Positions 33,496 to 42,310 of a stretch of 43,012 nucleotides of DNA are shown one piece after another. The notes below the pieces were generated by a model, which saw nothing but the letters and a program-made list of their open reading frames with translations, did not search any database and was not told the DNA's origin. Source of the DNA: a virus; IMG/VR virus record IMGVR_UViG_2802429654_000001, positions 1 to 43,012 of that record, one strand, 5' to 3'. How positions within the stretch are numbered: position 1 is the stretch's first letter; every line of letters begins with the position of its first letter. A program made the translations under genes and the position numbers.

Positions 33496-34362
33496 TTAGG
33501 TCTGGATGGGGATGTTGGCCGACGGCTGCGTGGCGGCGAAGCCGACACGCTCGTCGATCTGCCACACCGTCGACTCGATGGACTCGTCGTAGTAGCTGGA
33601 GACGTCCAGCGCGCGGCGAGTAGACTCCCAACCGAAGTTCGTCGGATCGACGAGGTACGCTTCGCCCTCGGCGTAGTTCCCCGTGTTGTCGAGGAACACC
33701 GGCACGTCGCCGGCGACACCGAGGAAGGCCTGCTGCCCGGTGAGGTTCCCCTGCGGGAGGATACCCGCCTCGACGACGGAGTCGCCGAGCTGAGAGGCCT
33801 GCGTGAACTTGTCCATGTTCAGCAGGGCGTTCATGTTCTGGCCGCCAGTGAGCAGCCGCAGCTCGCTGAGTTCGAGCTCGTCCTGGAAGGCCTGCTGCCG
33901 GGCGAGCGTGATGTCTTCGTACTCGAAGACGCCGCCAGTCTCGTTCCCGGCGTCGATCGGGCCGGCCGCGTTCGTGTTGTTCGAGAGCAGCTGGTAGGCG
34001 ATCCCGTCGACACGCTTCTCCTCGGCCCGGACCAGATCCTCCTCCTGATCCATTGTGATGTCGATGACGTTGTCTTCGACGTCCTCGTCGGGGATGACGA
34101 TCTCAAGGCCGTACTTGGTGTGTGCGACCTGGACCGTGTCGTAGTCCTTCGCCGCCCGGGGGAACTCGGAGCCGGGCGGGACTTCGGCGACGTCACCGTC
34201 GAAGTCGCCGTCGGAGACAGGGAACTCCACCGAGTTGGAGTCGTTGTTCGTGGCGTCGTAGTCACGGAACGCCGTCCGCGACTGGTAGTAGCGGTTCCGG
34301 ATCTTTTCGACGATCGCGCGAACGTCGTCGTCGCTGATGATGTCAGATGCTTTCTGAGCCAT
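33496..34362 (-). CDS. Major capsid protein (HK97 fold)
   Basis: 288 aa. EVPPGSEFP...KYGLEIVIPDE E-loop/backbone pattern, plus gene position. Confidence 0.88.
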   Translation of the reverse strand: MAQKASDIISDDDVRAIVEKIRNRYYQSRTAFRDYDATNNDSNSVEFPVSDGDFDGDVAEVPPGSEFPRAAKDYDTVQVAHTKYGLEIVIPDEDVEDNVIDITMDQEEDLVRAEEKRVDGIAYQLLSNNTNAAGPIDAGNETGGVFEYEDITLARQQAFQDELELSELRLLTGGQNMNALLNMDKFTQASQLGDSVVEAGILPQGNLTGQQAFLGVAGDVPVFLDNTGNYAEGEAYLVDPTNFGWESTRRALDVSSYYDESIESTVWQIDERVGFAATQPSANIPIQT

Positions 34363-34395
34363 GTGTTGTTAGTGAAAGAGTGTTGTCAGTCGTTG

Positions 34396-34782
34396 TTACA
34401 GCAGGACCCACGCGTAGCCGGCCGGTGCGGCCAGTCCGCGCCACGAGCCGCCGGCGTCCGACAGTGCGAACGCCGGGCCGCCAGCACTGGTCTCGAGTTC
34501 GCCGTCGGCGCCGGTCGTCCCGAAGTCGAGTCGTTCACCGCCGGTGACCGACGCCTCCACGGCTGCGATGGTCGGCCCGCTCACGATGATCGGGGCGATG
34601 CCGCTGTTCTCCGTCGGTCGGCCCCGAGCACGGACGCCGAAGAGTTCCTCGGTGTCAGTGCCGGGTTCGACCTCATCGTTGACGACGCCGACCGCATCGC
34701 CGGCAGACGTCGTGTCGCTCGCATCGGAGTAGCCGATGGTTTCTGTGCTGTCGCCGCCGTTCTGTCCGGGTTCTCCGGTCAT
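34396..34782 (-). CDS. Capsid cement/decoration protein (DUF2190-like)
   Basis: AGDAVGV...LFGV...IIVSG. Small Gly-rich beta protein just before the MCP. Confidence 0.7.
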   Translation of the reverse strand: MTGEPGQNGGDSTETIGYSDASDTTSAGDAVGVVNDEVEPGTDTEELFGVRARGRPTENSGIAPIIVSGPTIAAVEASVTGGERLDFGTTGADGELETSAGGPAFALSDAGGSWRGLAAPAGYAWVLL

Positions 34783-34785
34783 CAG

Positions 34786-36063
34786 TTAGAGCACCTCCAG
34801 AGCGCCGTCGTAGTCGTCCGTGCCGGCCAGCTCCGCCGCCTCGTTCTGAAGCGCCTCGACCCGAGAGTCAGGGAGCGTGCTCCCGACCGTCGAGAGCTTC
34901 TGTTCGATCTGTTCGATGCGTTCGATGTCCTCGTCGGACGGCCCGCTTCCGCCGTTCCCGCCAGACGGACCGCTTCCGGTCTCCGGAGTCTGGGTGAGTG
35001 CCTCGACGTCGAGCTCGCCCTCGTCGGTCTCGAACTGCGCGGCCATCGCGTCGAAGCTCATCGCCTCGACGGTGGCCTCTCGCAGTCCGGTCTCCTCGGT
35101 GAGCGCCTCGGCCATCATGTCCTCGACGATGTCGACGCGCTCGCGCATCGCCTCCGCCGTCTCGGCGTCCATGACCTCCGGGTCATCGACCTCAGTGGCC
35201 GCTGTGATGACCTCCTCGTGTTCTTCGATCTCTGCTTCCAGTTCGTCGAGCCGGTCGGGGACGTCGCTCTCAACGACCGTCGGGTCGTCCTTCTGGCGCG
35301 CCGCCGCGATCAGCTCCTGCTCTTTGTCAGTCAGATCCATGGTGAATGCGTTCGTGTTCGTGTCTCCGCTGCCGTCGCTCGGGGTGCTCTGGCCCTGCCC
35401 GCCGTGTTGGCCGTCATCACCACCCGAAGCATTCGCAAGTACTTCGACGTCGACGCCGTAGTGCGACGATAACGCCTCGGCAGTGGCGGGCTCGATCGCC
35501 GACGAGGCGCCGACGTTGATCTCGTTCGAAGGAACGGCGCCGTCGGCGACCAGGGCGACGTCGCGGGCCACCGGCGCGTCGGTCACTTCGTAGAGTGCGT
35601 CCGGGTCGCCCTCCTCGCCCTCGACGAGCTCAACATCACGGATGACGACCGGAGAGATCTGGGCGAGGCCCGTCTCGACGGCGTCCTCCGCCTCCCAGTC
35701 TGCGAGGAACCCCTCGTAGAGGAGGCCGACATCTGGGTCGAACGTCGTCGCCGTAATCTCGCCGACCTTCTCCTCCATCGAGACCGACCCCGTCAGTACC
35801 GGGCCGTCGTCGGTCATCTCGACACCGACGTGCTGCTCGGGGTCGAGCGAGTCGGCCAGCGTAATCGGCTTGCCCTGGAAAACTCCGTCCTCGGCCATCG
35901 TCTCGAGGACGTCCGCCGGCCACCGCGTCCGTTTGCCGGTGAGGCCGCTCGTAACGTCGCCCACACCGAACAGCACGCCGTGGACTGGCAGCTGGTTGTC
36001 CGCCGGTTCATCAGCGACGGCGGCCATCGCAGCACCGTCGCTCAGAAGGTCGTAGGTACTCAT
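34786..36063 (-). CDS. Prohead protease / scaffold fusion (DUF2213-like)
   Basis: N-terminal globular domain (GKPIT...HVG...DVALVADGA) followed by an acidic coiled-coil scaffold. Likely start MSTYDLL. Confidence 0.75.
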   Translation of the reverse strand: MSTYDLLSDGAAMAAVADEPADNQLPVHGVLFGVGDVTSGLTGKRTRWPADVLETMAEDGVFQGKPITLADSLDPEQHVGVEMTDDGPVLTGSVSMEEKVGEITATTFDPDVGLLYEGFLADWEAEDAVETGLAQISPVVIRDVELVEGEEGDPDALYEVTDAPVARDVALVADGAVPSNEINVGASSAIEPATAEALSSHYGVDVEVLANASGGDDGQHGGQGQSTPSDGSGDTNTNAFTMDLTDKEQELIAAARQKDDPTVVESDVPDRLDELEAEIEEHEEVITAATEVDDPEVMDAETAEAMRERVDIVEDMMAEALTEETGLREATVEAMSFDAMAAQFETDEGELDVEALTQTPETGSGPSGGNGGSGPSDEDIERIEQIEQKLSTVGSTLPDSRVEALQNEAAELAGTDDYDGALEVL

Positions 36064-36123
36064 GAGCTCATGTTGTGGTCGACCGGGAGGGCCTCGCCCC
36101 GGCGGGGTCATCGGTGGTCGCCG

Positions 36124-37005
36124 TCAGTTCCGCGTCCAGATGGTATGGCTACACCGGCAGTTCGGATGCCGAGGCAGGTTTCCGTACGCCTCTGACGCCT
36201 TGTACGGCGCACCGGCCTTGTACGCCTGACACTGTGGGCAGGCGTCGGTAGCGATGAGGACGTCGACTTTCGTGACGCCGGCGCGCTCCCACTCCTGGAG
36301 TCGCCCCCAGTTGTGGGAGTTCATCAGCTCCGTCCGGGCGATCATCGTCGCCCGATTCATCGCCGCCCGGGGGGTGCCGTCGTCGACGCGCCCGATGATG
36401 TCCGACAAGTCGCTGGCGACGTCCCGCGGCCCGTCACCGCTGGCGAGCCCTTCGGTCAGCTCGCGGCGGACGTCCGTCGTGATGTCGTCGGTGAGGCTCT
36501 GGAGTTCGTTCAGGTTCCGCGAGTAGAGCGTCTCCAACTGCTCGGCGTGGACCGGGAGCCGGACCGCCGCAGCCGCACCGCCCTCACCGCCGATCCCGAG
36601 CGCCGACAGCTCGGTCTGCGCGTCTTCCAGGCCTTTCAGGTACGCCTGCTCGATGTACTGGTTCTCGCCACCGAAGGGCTGGAGGATGTCGTTCTCCACC
36701 TGCTTCTCGAGCCACCGGCGGGCGGCGTCTACCTTCTCGGAGTCCGTTCCGAACGAAAACGCACGGTTCCCCGGCGCGTTCGCGAGCGCTTCGGGACCGG
36801 AGCGTAGCCCGAACGCGTCGTTCTCGACGATTCCCTCACGGAGCGCCGCCCGGATATCGGCGAGCCGCCCGCGGAGTGTCTGGGCGTAGCGCTGCCGGAG
36901 CGTCTTCGTCCGGCTCGGCTCGTCGCGAGCTCGTGCCCGCTCCACCAGCTTCTCGTGCTGGGTGGTCTCGGCCGGTGGTTGGCTCGAAGCAGCGCTCGCG
37001 CTCAT
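36124..37005 (-). CDS. Head morphogenesis protein (SPP1 gp7 / Mu gpF-like)
   Basis: RATMIARTE...CPQC...PRHPNCRC. Confidence 0.88.
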   Translation of the reverse strand: MSASAASSQPPAETTQHEKLVERARARDEPSRTKTLRQRYAQTLRGRLADIRAALREGIVENDAFGLRSGPEALANAPGNRAFSFGTDSEKVDAARRWLEKQVENDILQPFGGENQYIEQAYLKGLEDAQTELSALGIGGEGGAAAAVRLPVHAEQLETLYSRNLNELQSLTDDITTDVRRELTEGLASGDGPRDVASDLSDIIGRVDDGTPRAAMNRATMIARTELMNSHNWGRLQEWERAGVTKVDVLIATDACPQCQAYKAGAPYKASEAYGNLPRHPNCRCSHTIWTRN

Positions 37006-38537
37006 CAGTCGTCAGCCTCCGCGGTGGACGTCGCCTCCTGGACGGCGCCGGCGAGGTCCGGGTCGCTCTCGTCGACGTCTACCTCGCCGTCGACGAACAC
37101 CTCTTCGGGCAGGTCCATCGTTGTCATGAGGAACTGCTTGACGTCGAGGACGGCGTCAACCGGGACGTCACCGAGGCCGTTGTTCAGGCCCTTCATGAAC
37201 TGCTCCATCCGCTCGATCTCCCCGTCGTCGAGCGTGGCGATCGGGTTGTCGCTCTCCTTCGGCGAGAGCTTCAGTTCGAGACCAGAGGCGTCGAGCTCGG
37301 GATGGCGCTCGGCGACATCGCGGAACGCCTGCGTCCAGTCGCGCTCGACGTCGCGACGCTCCTCGATGATCGTGTCCTGGTATGAGTTCTCCTGTCGGTC
37401 GGAGACGTGGTTCGCGATGGACTCGCCGAACGCCGTCGTGTACTTCGGCGCCGGCAGCGCAGCGAGGATGTCCGCCACGTAGTGTTCGAGCGGGCCGTCG
37501 AGCTCGGGGACGTCCGGCGACCACTGGTCCAACTCGATCGAGCCGTCGTGGCCAACGATGCCGCCGGCTTCGAGACCATCGACATCATCGACCCAGTCGT
37601 TCTGCTCGTCTTCCGACCACTCCTGGAGGATGACCTCCTCCCCGGCTTCAGTGACTTCTGTGTTGAACTGCGCCACCCAGATAGCGTACGCAGTCTTCCG
37701 CACCGAGACGGCACGGTCCCGCTTCATCTCGCGGTACTCCTCAGCGTCCTGCGCGCACGCTTCGAGGGCGGAGACGCCCCAGACGCCGCCTTCGTCGTCT
37801 TCGTCCCCGCCGATGTCAGGGTCGTGGGTCCGCTTGAGCACGTCGTTCTGGCTCAGGTAGATCTCGTCTTCGTCCATCCCGCCGTTCCGGCTGCCGACGA
37901 TCGACTGGTCGTCGTACTGGACGTACGCGGCGGCCTCGTCGCGCTTCGTCACCTCGTCTTCTTCGATGTCGACGTCCGGGTCCTCGTTGGCCTCGGGATC
38001 GACGAGGATGTTCGTGTTCGCGTAGGTGCGCGCCGACACCGTCTCCGGGCGGATGTGCTTGAACCCGGTGAGTTTTCCGTCGTCCTGATCGGCCGTCTCC
38101 TCGTCTTTGAGGAGCTCGTTGAGCGTCGTCCCTTTCGTGTACTTCTGGACGATGTCGACCTTGAGGTACGGAAAGAACGGCTGGTGCTTCTCCCCGGCGA
38201 CGACGGCGCAGTTCTCGAGGAACCCGCCCTCGGGAGCGAAGTCGGGGGCGTCCTCGCCACCCATAAAGTACGCCTGCGTAGTCTCATCCTCGGCTTCGAT
38301 CCGGACGCCGGGCTTCATCACGTCGCGGGTGAATTGGTTGAGGTTTGCTCGGATTATCCCGAGCTCGCGATAGAGCTCGTGGTACTCGTCGATGTCCTCG
38401 GGCGGGTTGATGTCGTCGACGTCGCCACCCTCGATCATGATGCGAGACTGCCGGGTGACAGTCTCGACCTTCTGCGAGAGCCGGGACGCGAGCGCTTCGA
38501 CCTTGCCGCGGAAACGGCCAGTTTTGTTTGTTGACAT
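37005..38537 (-). CDS. Portal protein
   Basis: 510 aa between TerL and the gp7-like gene. GVSALEAC and ILAALPAPKY patterns. Confidence 0.82.
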   Translation of the reverse strand: MSTNKTGRFRGKVEALASRLSQKVETVTRQSRIMIEGGDVDDINPPEDIDEYHELYRELGIIRANLNQFTRDVMKPGVRIEAEDETTQAYFMGGEDAPDFAPEGGFLENCAVVAGEKHQPFFPYLKVDIVQKYTKGTTLNELLKDEETADQDDGKLTGFKHIRPETVSARTYANTNILVDPEANEDPDVDIEEDEVTKRDEAAAYVQYDDQSIVGSRNGGMDEDEIYLSQNDVLKRTHDPDIGGDEDDEGGVWGVSALEACAQDAEEYREMKRDRAVSVRKTAYAIWVAQFNTEVTEAGEEVILQEWSEDEQNDWVDDVDGLEAGGIVGHDGSIELDQWSPDVPELDGPLEHYVADILAALPAPKYTTAFGESIANHVSDRQENSYQDTIIEERRDVERDWTQAFRDVAERHPELDASGLELKLSPKESDNPIATLDDGEIERMEQFMKGLNNGLGDVPVDAVLDVKQFLMTTMDLPEEVFVDGEVDVDESDPDLAGAVQEATSTAEADD

Positions 38538-38539
38538 GG

Positions 38540-39898
38540 TTATCTGTGGGTACTCTGAGCAGGCGAGGAACCAGACTTCCGACGGACGGTCTTGGTGTCC
38601 GTGTATCGATCGCCCATGATGGCGTACCGAAGCGAGTCAGCCGCGTGGTCCGTCGCCCGCTTCGTCCCGACCTCCTCCTCTTTGTACGACTGAAGCTCCT
38701 TGATCAGCTCCGTACAATCCTCGACGATGAGAAGGCCTGGACCGACCTTGGGGTCGACCTCGAGGACGCTCCGAACCTCATTGATACCCTCGTCGATGTC
38801 CTTGGTCGCCTTTTGTGCGGAGAAGCCAGCGTCGCGGAACTTCTGAATGTGTTCGGGGTCGTGGTCACAGTACACCGCCCCGGTCGGCTTGTCGTTTCGG
38901 ATGACCCAGCCTTTCCCATCGTCCGGGTCGACGAGGTGTTCGACTGGCTTCTGTGCCTTGTAGTACGAGTCGAGGACGACGTATTGGTCCGCCGGCGTCT
39001 TCCCGATCTCCAGCAGCACGCGCGGGTCTTTGAACCCGTAGTCATACCCGTAGATGCGCCAGTCGTCGACGACGTCGAGCTCTTCTCGAGGAAAGACGTG
39101 AGTGTTCCGTGAGAACGAGGAGTAGACTAGCCCCTCCGCAGCAGCGAAGCCACCGGCGAGACCCTGGTTCTCTTTCGCCGTTCCCTTGAACTGCCGAACC
39201 AGCTTCTCCTTCTCAGGGAGAAACGGGTTGTTCCGCGAGTCGGCGACGATGTTGATGACCCGCGTCGGGAGCTCGTCACCGTCAGGCGTCTCCTGTATCT
39301 CGACGAACTTGTGGTACTGGTTGTACCCGTTCCCCGTCGACGTCCACAGCGTGACGTTCGGCCCGTCCTTCGTCCGCTGCCGAGACAACAGCATCCGGTT
39401 CAGATCGAAGATGTCCGTGTGCTCGTAGTGAGCGACCTCGTCGCACCAGATGGCGTTGAACTCCCCGCCGGCGTACCGGTTCCAGACGTCGGCGCTCCCG
39501 AGGCGGACCACGGCACCGTTGAACCACGTGAGTCGCCGTTCGTTGCGGTTGTAGTCCGAGACGAACGGAGAGTTCTCGGGATCGCCGCCCTCGTCGGGGA
39601 CGGTGTCGTCGCCCGGGAGCTCCTCGAAGAAGACCTTGTACGTCGTCGGGCCACCCTTCTGGGAGTCGGGCGCGATGATCAGGTTGTCGGAGCCGGGGAC
39701 CTCCGTCGCCTTCTCCATGATCCACCGCGATCCGAGGATCGTCTTCCCTGAACCGTACCCGCCACGGAAGTTGACGACGTCGTACTCGCCCGACTCCAGG
39801 GCCGCGATTGCGTCGAGCTGGGCGTCCCAGAAACCCCAGTCGAGATCGAGCGTGTCACCAGAGGCATCGATCGCGACCCCCTCAGTCGTTATCGACAT
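38540..39898 (-). CDS. terL: Terminase large subunit
   Basis: Walker A GGYGSGKT, Walker B IWCDE, nuclease motifs GYDYG...DHAADSLRY. No intein. Confidence 0.93.
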   Translation of the reverse strand: MSITTEGVAIDASGDTLDLDWGFWDAQLDAIAALESGEYDVVNFRGGYGSGKTILGSRWIMEKATEVPGSDNLIIAPDSQKGGPTTYKVFFEELPGDDTVPDEGGDPENSPFVSDYNRNERRLTWFNGAVVRLGSADVWNRYAGGEFNAIWCDEVAHYEHTDIFDLNRMLLSRQRTKDGPNVTLWTSTGNGYNQYHKFVEIQETPDGDELPTRVINIVADSRNNPFLPEKEKLVRQFKGTAKENQGLAGGFAAAEGLVYSSFSRNTHVFPREELDVVDDWRIYGYDYGFKDPRVLLEIGKTPADQYVVLDSYYKAQKPVEHLVDPDDGKGWVIRNDKPTGAVYCDHDPEHIQKFRDAGFSAQKATKDIDEGINEVRSVLEVDPKVGPGLLIVEDCTELIKELQSYKEEEVGTKRATDHAADSLRYAIMGDRYTDTKTVRRKSGSSPAQSTHR

Positions 39899-40463
39899 CG
39901 TCCTCCGTCACCCGGTGATGGCTGATGTTGACCGAGACGTCACCCGAGAGCTCACCCGAGTGTTCGTGCTCGTGTTTCTCTGCTGCCGTCTCGACGATCC
40001 CGAACTCCGAGAGGAGTTGTCGCCCCTCGCGGAGCATCGCAGCGTCTTTTGAGTGCTCGCCGAGCATCATCAGTCGCGTCGCGAAGTGAGACAGCACCAC
40101 CTTCGCATCGGCGTCGTCGTCAAACGAGTCGGCGACCTCGTCGTACACCTCGCGCTGGCGGTCCGACAGCTTCGATTTGAAGTACTCGGACGTCTCGCCG
40201 GCGGCGAAGTTCGGGTTCGACGAGCCCCACTGCTCGCCTTCAACAGGGTGATTCTTACACGGACCAACGTCGCGGTCTTCCCCCCAGCCTGCCGCCTGGA
40301 GACAGTACGAGACGTCGTCCCTAGACCGACCGTGCGGCGCCGGAGTAGCCCTGTCCGACTTCGTGGCCCCGCAAATGCGGTGTCCCCGTTCGGGATGGAT
40401 AGGGTGGCCCCCATCGTCGCGTGGAGGCTCGTCGGAGATCTCGTACTCTGGTTGATCCGTCAT
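39882..40463 (-). CDS. Putative terminase small subunit
   Basis: Directly upstream of TerL. Cys/His N-terminal motif (ICGA...CKNH) and helical C-terminus. Confidence 0.65.
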   Translation of the reverse strand: MTDQPEYEISDEPPRDDGGHPIHPERGHRICGATKSDRATPAPHGRSRDDVSYCLQAAGWGEDRDVGPCKNHPVEGEQWGSSNPNFAAGETSEYFKSKLSDRQREVYDEVADSFDDDADAKVVLSHFATRLMMLGEHSKDAAMLREGRQLLSEFGIVETAAEKHEHEHSGELSGDVSVNISHHRVTEDDVDND

Positions 40464-40499
40464 GAGTGGTTTCCCAAATCGGCGACCGTCATGAGTGGC

Positions 40500-40772
40500 T
40501 TAGCGCGGCGGCCCGGACCGCGACGGCCCGCTCGGCCCGCGTCGACGGAGCCCAGCCGGCGTCTTCGGCGAGTCGACGTCGCGACCGTGCTCACCGCCGA
40601 GGTGACAGGACTTACACCGCTTTCGAAGGTTGTCGGGTGAGCCGTTCCCGTCATCGCCGTCGCGATGGTGGACGTCCGCGCGGTCGGAGTCGTCGTAGGG
40701 GCGACCACACCGCGGGCAACGTGTTCCGGCACGGTCGTCCCACGTCCGTTCGCGATCGGATTCACGTCCCAT
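40500..40772 (-). CDS. Small HNH endonuclease (packaging-associated, HK97 gp74-like)
   Basis: CPRCG...VHHRDG...DNL...CKSCH, upstream of TerS. Confidence 0.75.
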   Translation of the reverse strand: MGRESDRERTWDDRAGTRCPRCGRPYDDSDRADVHHRDGDDGNGSPDNLRKRCKSCHLGGEHGRDVDSPKTPAGLRRRGPSGPSRSGPPR

Positions 40773-40971
40773 CGCCCTCGTGAATCAGCAGTCGTTCGGT
40801 ACAGTCGGGGCACAGCGTGACCAGATCGCCAGCCTCGAAGCCGGCTTGTCGAAGTCGGTCGCCCGCAGCACCGTCATCGAACCAATCCTCGTTAAACTCC
40901 GCCGTGAGCGCTGGACGGTCCTCGATCTCGACGCGGTCACAGAACCCGTCGCAGTTGTAGATGTACCCCAT
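40762..40971 (-). CDS. Zinc-finger micro-protein (69 aa)
   Basis: MGYIYNCDGFC...LCPDC. Its start codon lies in the 18-bp repeat. Confidence 0.7.
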   Translation of the reverse strand: MGYIYNCDGFCDRVEIEDRPALTAEFNEDWFDDGAAGDRLRQAGFEAGDLVTLCPDCTERLLIHEGDGT

Positions 40972-41257
40972 AATTACGTAATTACTATCGCACCGACTGG
41001 AGATCTGAGACCACCTTCGACGACGTGAGCGTCGGGACCTCGTCGATCCGGTTCTCCAGCTCGTCGAGGCGGTCCAAGACTTCGCCGTCGCCGTCCGCTT
41101 CCCGGACGATCTCGACGTTGTCGCCCTGGAGCGCTGGGAGGACGACCTCCTGGAACTGCTCGGCGCGGGTCCGGTCGTCGTCCGGGAGCAACGCGTCAAG
41201 CTCGCGGACGACGTCGTCCGGGAGTGAGATGGTCGTGGTCATAATTACGTAATTACT
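40969..41257. repeat. Perfect 18-bp direct repeats CATAATTACGTAATTACT (40969-40986 and 41240-41257)
   Basis: Each contains the perfect 14-bp palindrome TAATTACGTAATTA and a start codon. Confidence 0.9.
40985..41242 (-). CDS. RHH-like DNA-binding protein with a coiled coil
   Basis: MTTTISLPDDVVRELD...; VLDRLDELENRIDE. Confidence 0.7.
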   Translation of the reverse strand: MTTTISLPDDVVRELDALLPDDDRTRAEQFQEVVLPALQGDNVEIVREADGDGEVLDRLDELENRIDEVPTLTSSKVVSDLQSVR

Positions 41258-41369
41258 CCTCGCGGCACTTCGCGCAGGTGGGGCCGTCCTCGTCGTCAGC
41301 GTCGGGCTGCCACTTCGACGGGGCGTCGAAAAGGTAGCGCGTCCCGCAGTCGGCGCACGTCCACGCCAT
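41253..41369 (-). CDS. Zinc-finger micro-protein (38 aa)
   Basis: MAWTCADCG...PTCAKCREE. Confidence 0.65.
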   Translation of the reverse strand: MAWTCADCGTRYLFDAPSKWQPDADDEDGPTCAKCREE

Positions 41370-41674
41370 CAGGTACGAACGCTCCCGTCGACGTCGTCGA
41401 CGAGGTCGTCGGTCTCCGCGTGCCGTTCGATATACACCCACACCGCGCAGCCGAGCACGGTAAAGAGGATGTTCGCCGCCACGGCGAACGACTCCGCGAG
41501 CGAGGGCGTCAGTACTGCCGATGACGATGTCAGGATCAGCGCCGACCCGATCAGAAACGTCCCGACGACGTACTTCGGATGGACGCGTTCCGGGTGGATC
41601 AGCTGAAACCAGATGGCGGCGCAGACCCACACCGAGCCCGCGACCATCCCGAGCGTGTTCACGAGGCTACTCAT
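41369..41674 (-). CDS. Multi-pass membrane protein (possibly lysis-related)
   Basis: Three hydrophobic segments in 101 aa. Confidence 0.7.
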   Translation of the reverse strand: MSSLVNTLGMVAGSVWVCAAIWFQLIHPERVHPKYVVGTFLIGSALILTSSSAVLTPSLAESFAVAANILFTVLGCAVWVYIERHAETDDLVDDVDGSVRT

Positions 41675-41897
41675 CCTCCTGGCCTCCGTCGCTGTTGTCG
41701 ACCCCGATCGTGATGCCGGGGACCTGCTCGAGAAGCTTGTCCAGCCCGAGAAGCGTCCCGACGAGCGTCAGTAGGATCGCCTTGTCTTCGACCGTAAGCG
41801 TCACTCCTGCGTCGATCGTGTCGACGACGACGAGACCAAGCAACACCAAGAGTGTCACCAGCCCGCCGATCGCCTTGGCCTTTCTGCGCAGTCTCAT
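41667..41897 (-). CDS. Holin-like two-TM protein
   Basis: Basic N-terminus, two hydrophobic helices, acidic tail. TATA-like TTTTAC about 25 nt upstream. Confidence 0.6.
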   Translation of the reverse strand: MRLRRKAKAIGGLVTLLVLLGLVVVDTIDAGVTLTVEDKAILLTLVGTLLGLDKLLEQVPGITIGVDNSDGGQEDE

Positions 41898-41933
41898 TCA
41901 TGGCTCTCTCTGAATTACTGGTAAAATGATAAA

Positions 41934-42035
41934 TGGCGACGCCGGGGATCGAACCCGGCACGGGATAGGACCGTCTCAGGCTTTGGTTTCGCCCGAGCCC
42001 ATAGGCCCGTCCGTGACCACGCCAGTGGCGTCGCA
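41934..42035 (-). tRNA. Atypical tRNA-like element (102 nt; possibly an intron-containing pseudo-tRNA)
   Basis: Canonical T arm CCGGG-TTCGATC-CCCGG and acceptor pairing GCGACG/CGTCGC, followed by a T-rich tract. D and anticodon arms are non-canonical. Confidence 0.5.
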
Positions 42036-42216
42036 AGGCGGCCGGTCTGAATTAGGTTTGGAACTTCGTGATAGCTCGCGTGTCGCCGGTCCGAGGAGGA
42101 CGTCCAGAAGTGCTCACACACGTAGATGAATACGTGACAAACGACTCCCGCTTGTGGCCGGCCGCTCGTGGAGCGGTACGCAGCCTCCTGCCAACATCGG
42201 CAGTACAAACGGCCAG

Positions 42217-42289
42217 TGGACCAGCGCGGATTCGAACCGCGGCCTCGCGACGGCTTCAGCGTCGTGCTCTCCCACTGAGCTACTGGTCC
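42217..42289 (-). tRNA. tRNA-Phe (GAA)
   Basis: Full cloverleaf: GGACCAG/CTGGTCC, GCTC/GAGC, CGACG-CTGAAGC-CGTCG, CGCGG-TTCGAAT-CCGCG. CCA is not encoded. Confidence 0.9.
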
Positions 42290-42310
42290 GAACTCGGAGA
42301 CGGTAGTGGA

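Noticed and set aside
32929-35472. 847-aa plus-strand ORF, and similar long antisense ORFs (37407-38534, 14982-16202, 36313-36807, 506-1000)
   Set aside because: These are shadow frames opposite well-supported genes, expected with GC-rich acidic codon usage. They show no recognisable motifs.
41915-42208. 97-aa ORF over the tRNA region
   Set aside because: Non-acidic and overlapping tRNA-like and structured RNA. More plausibly non-coding.
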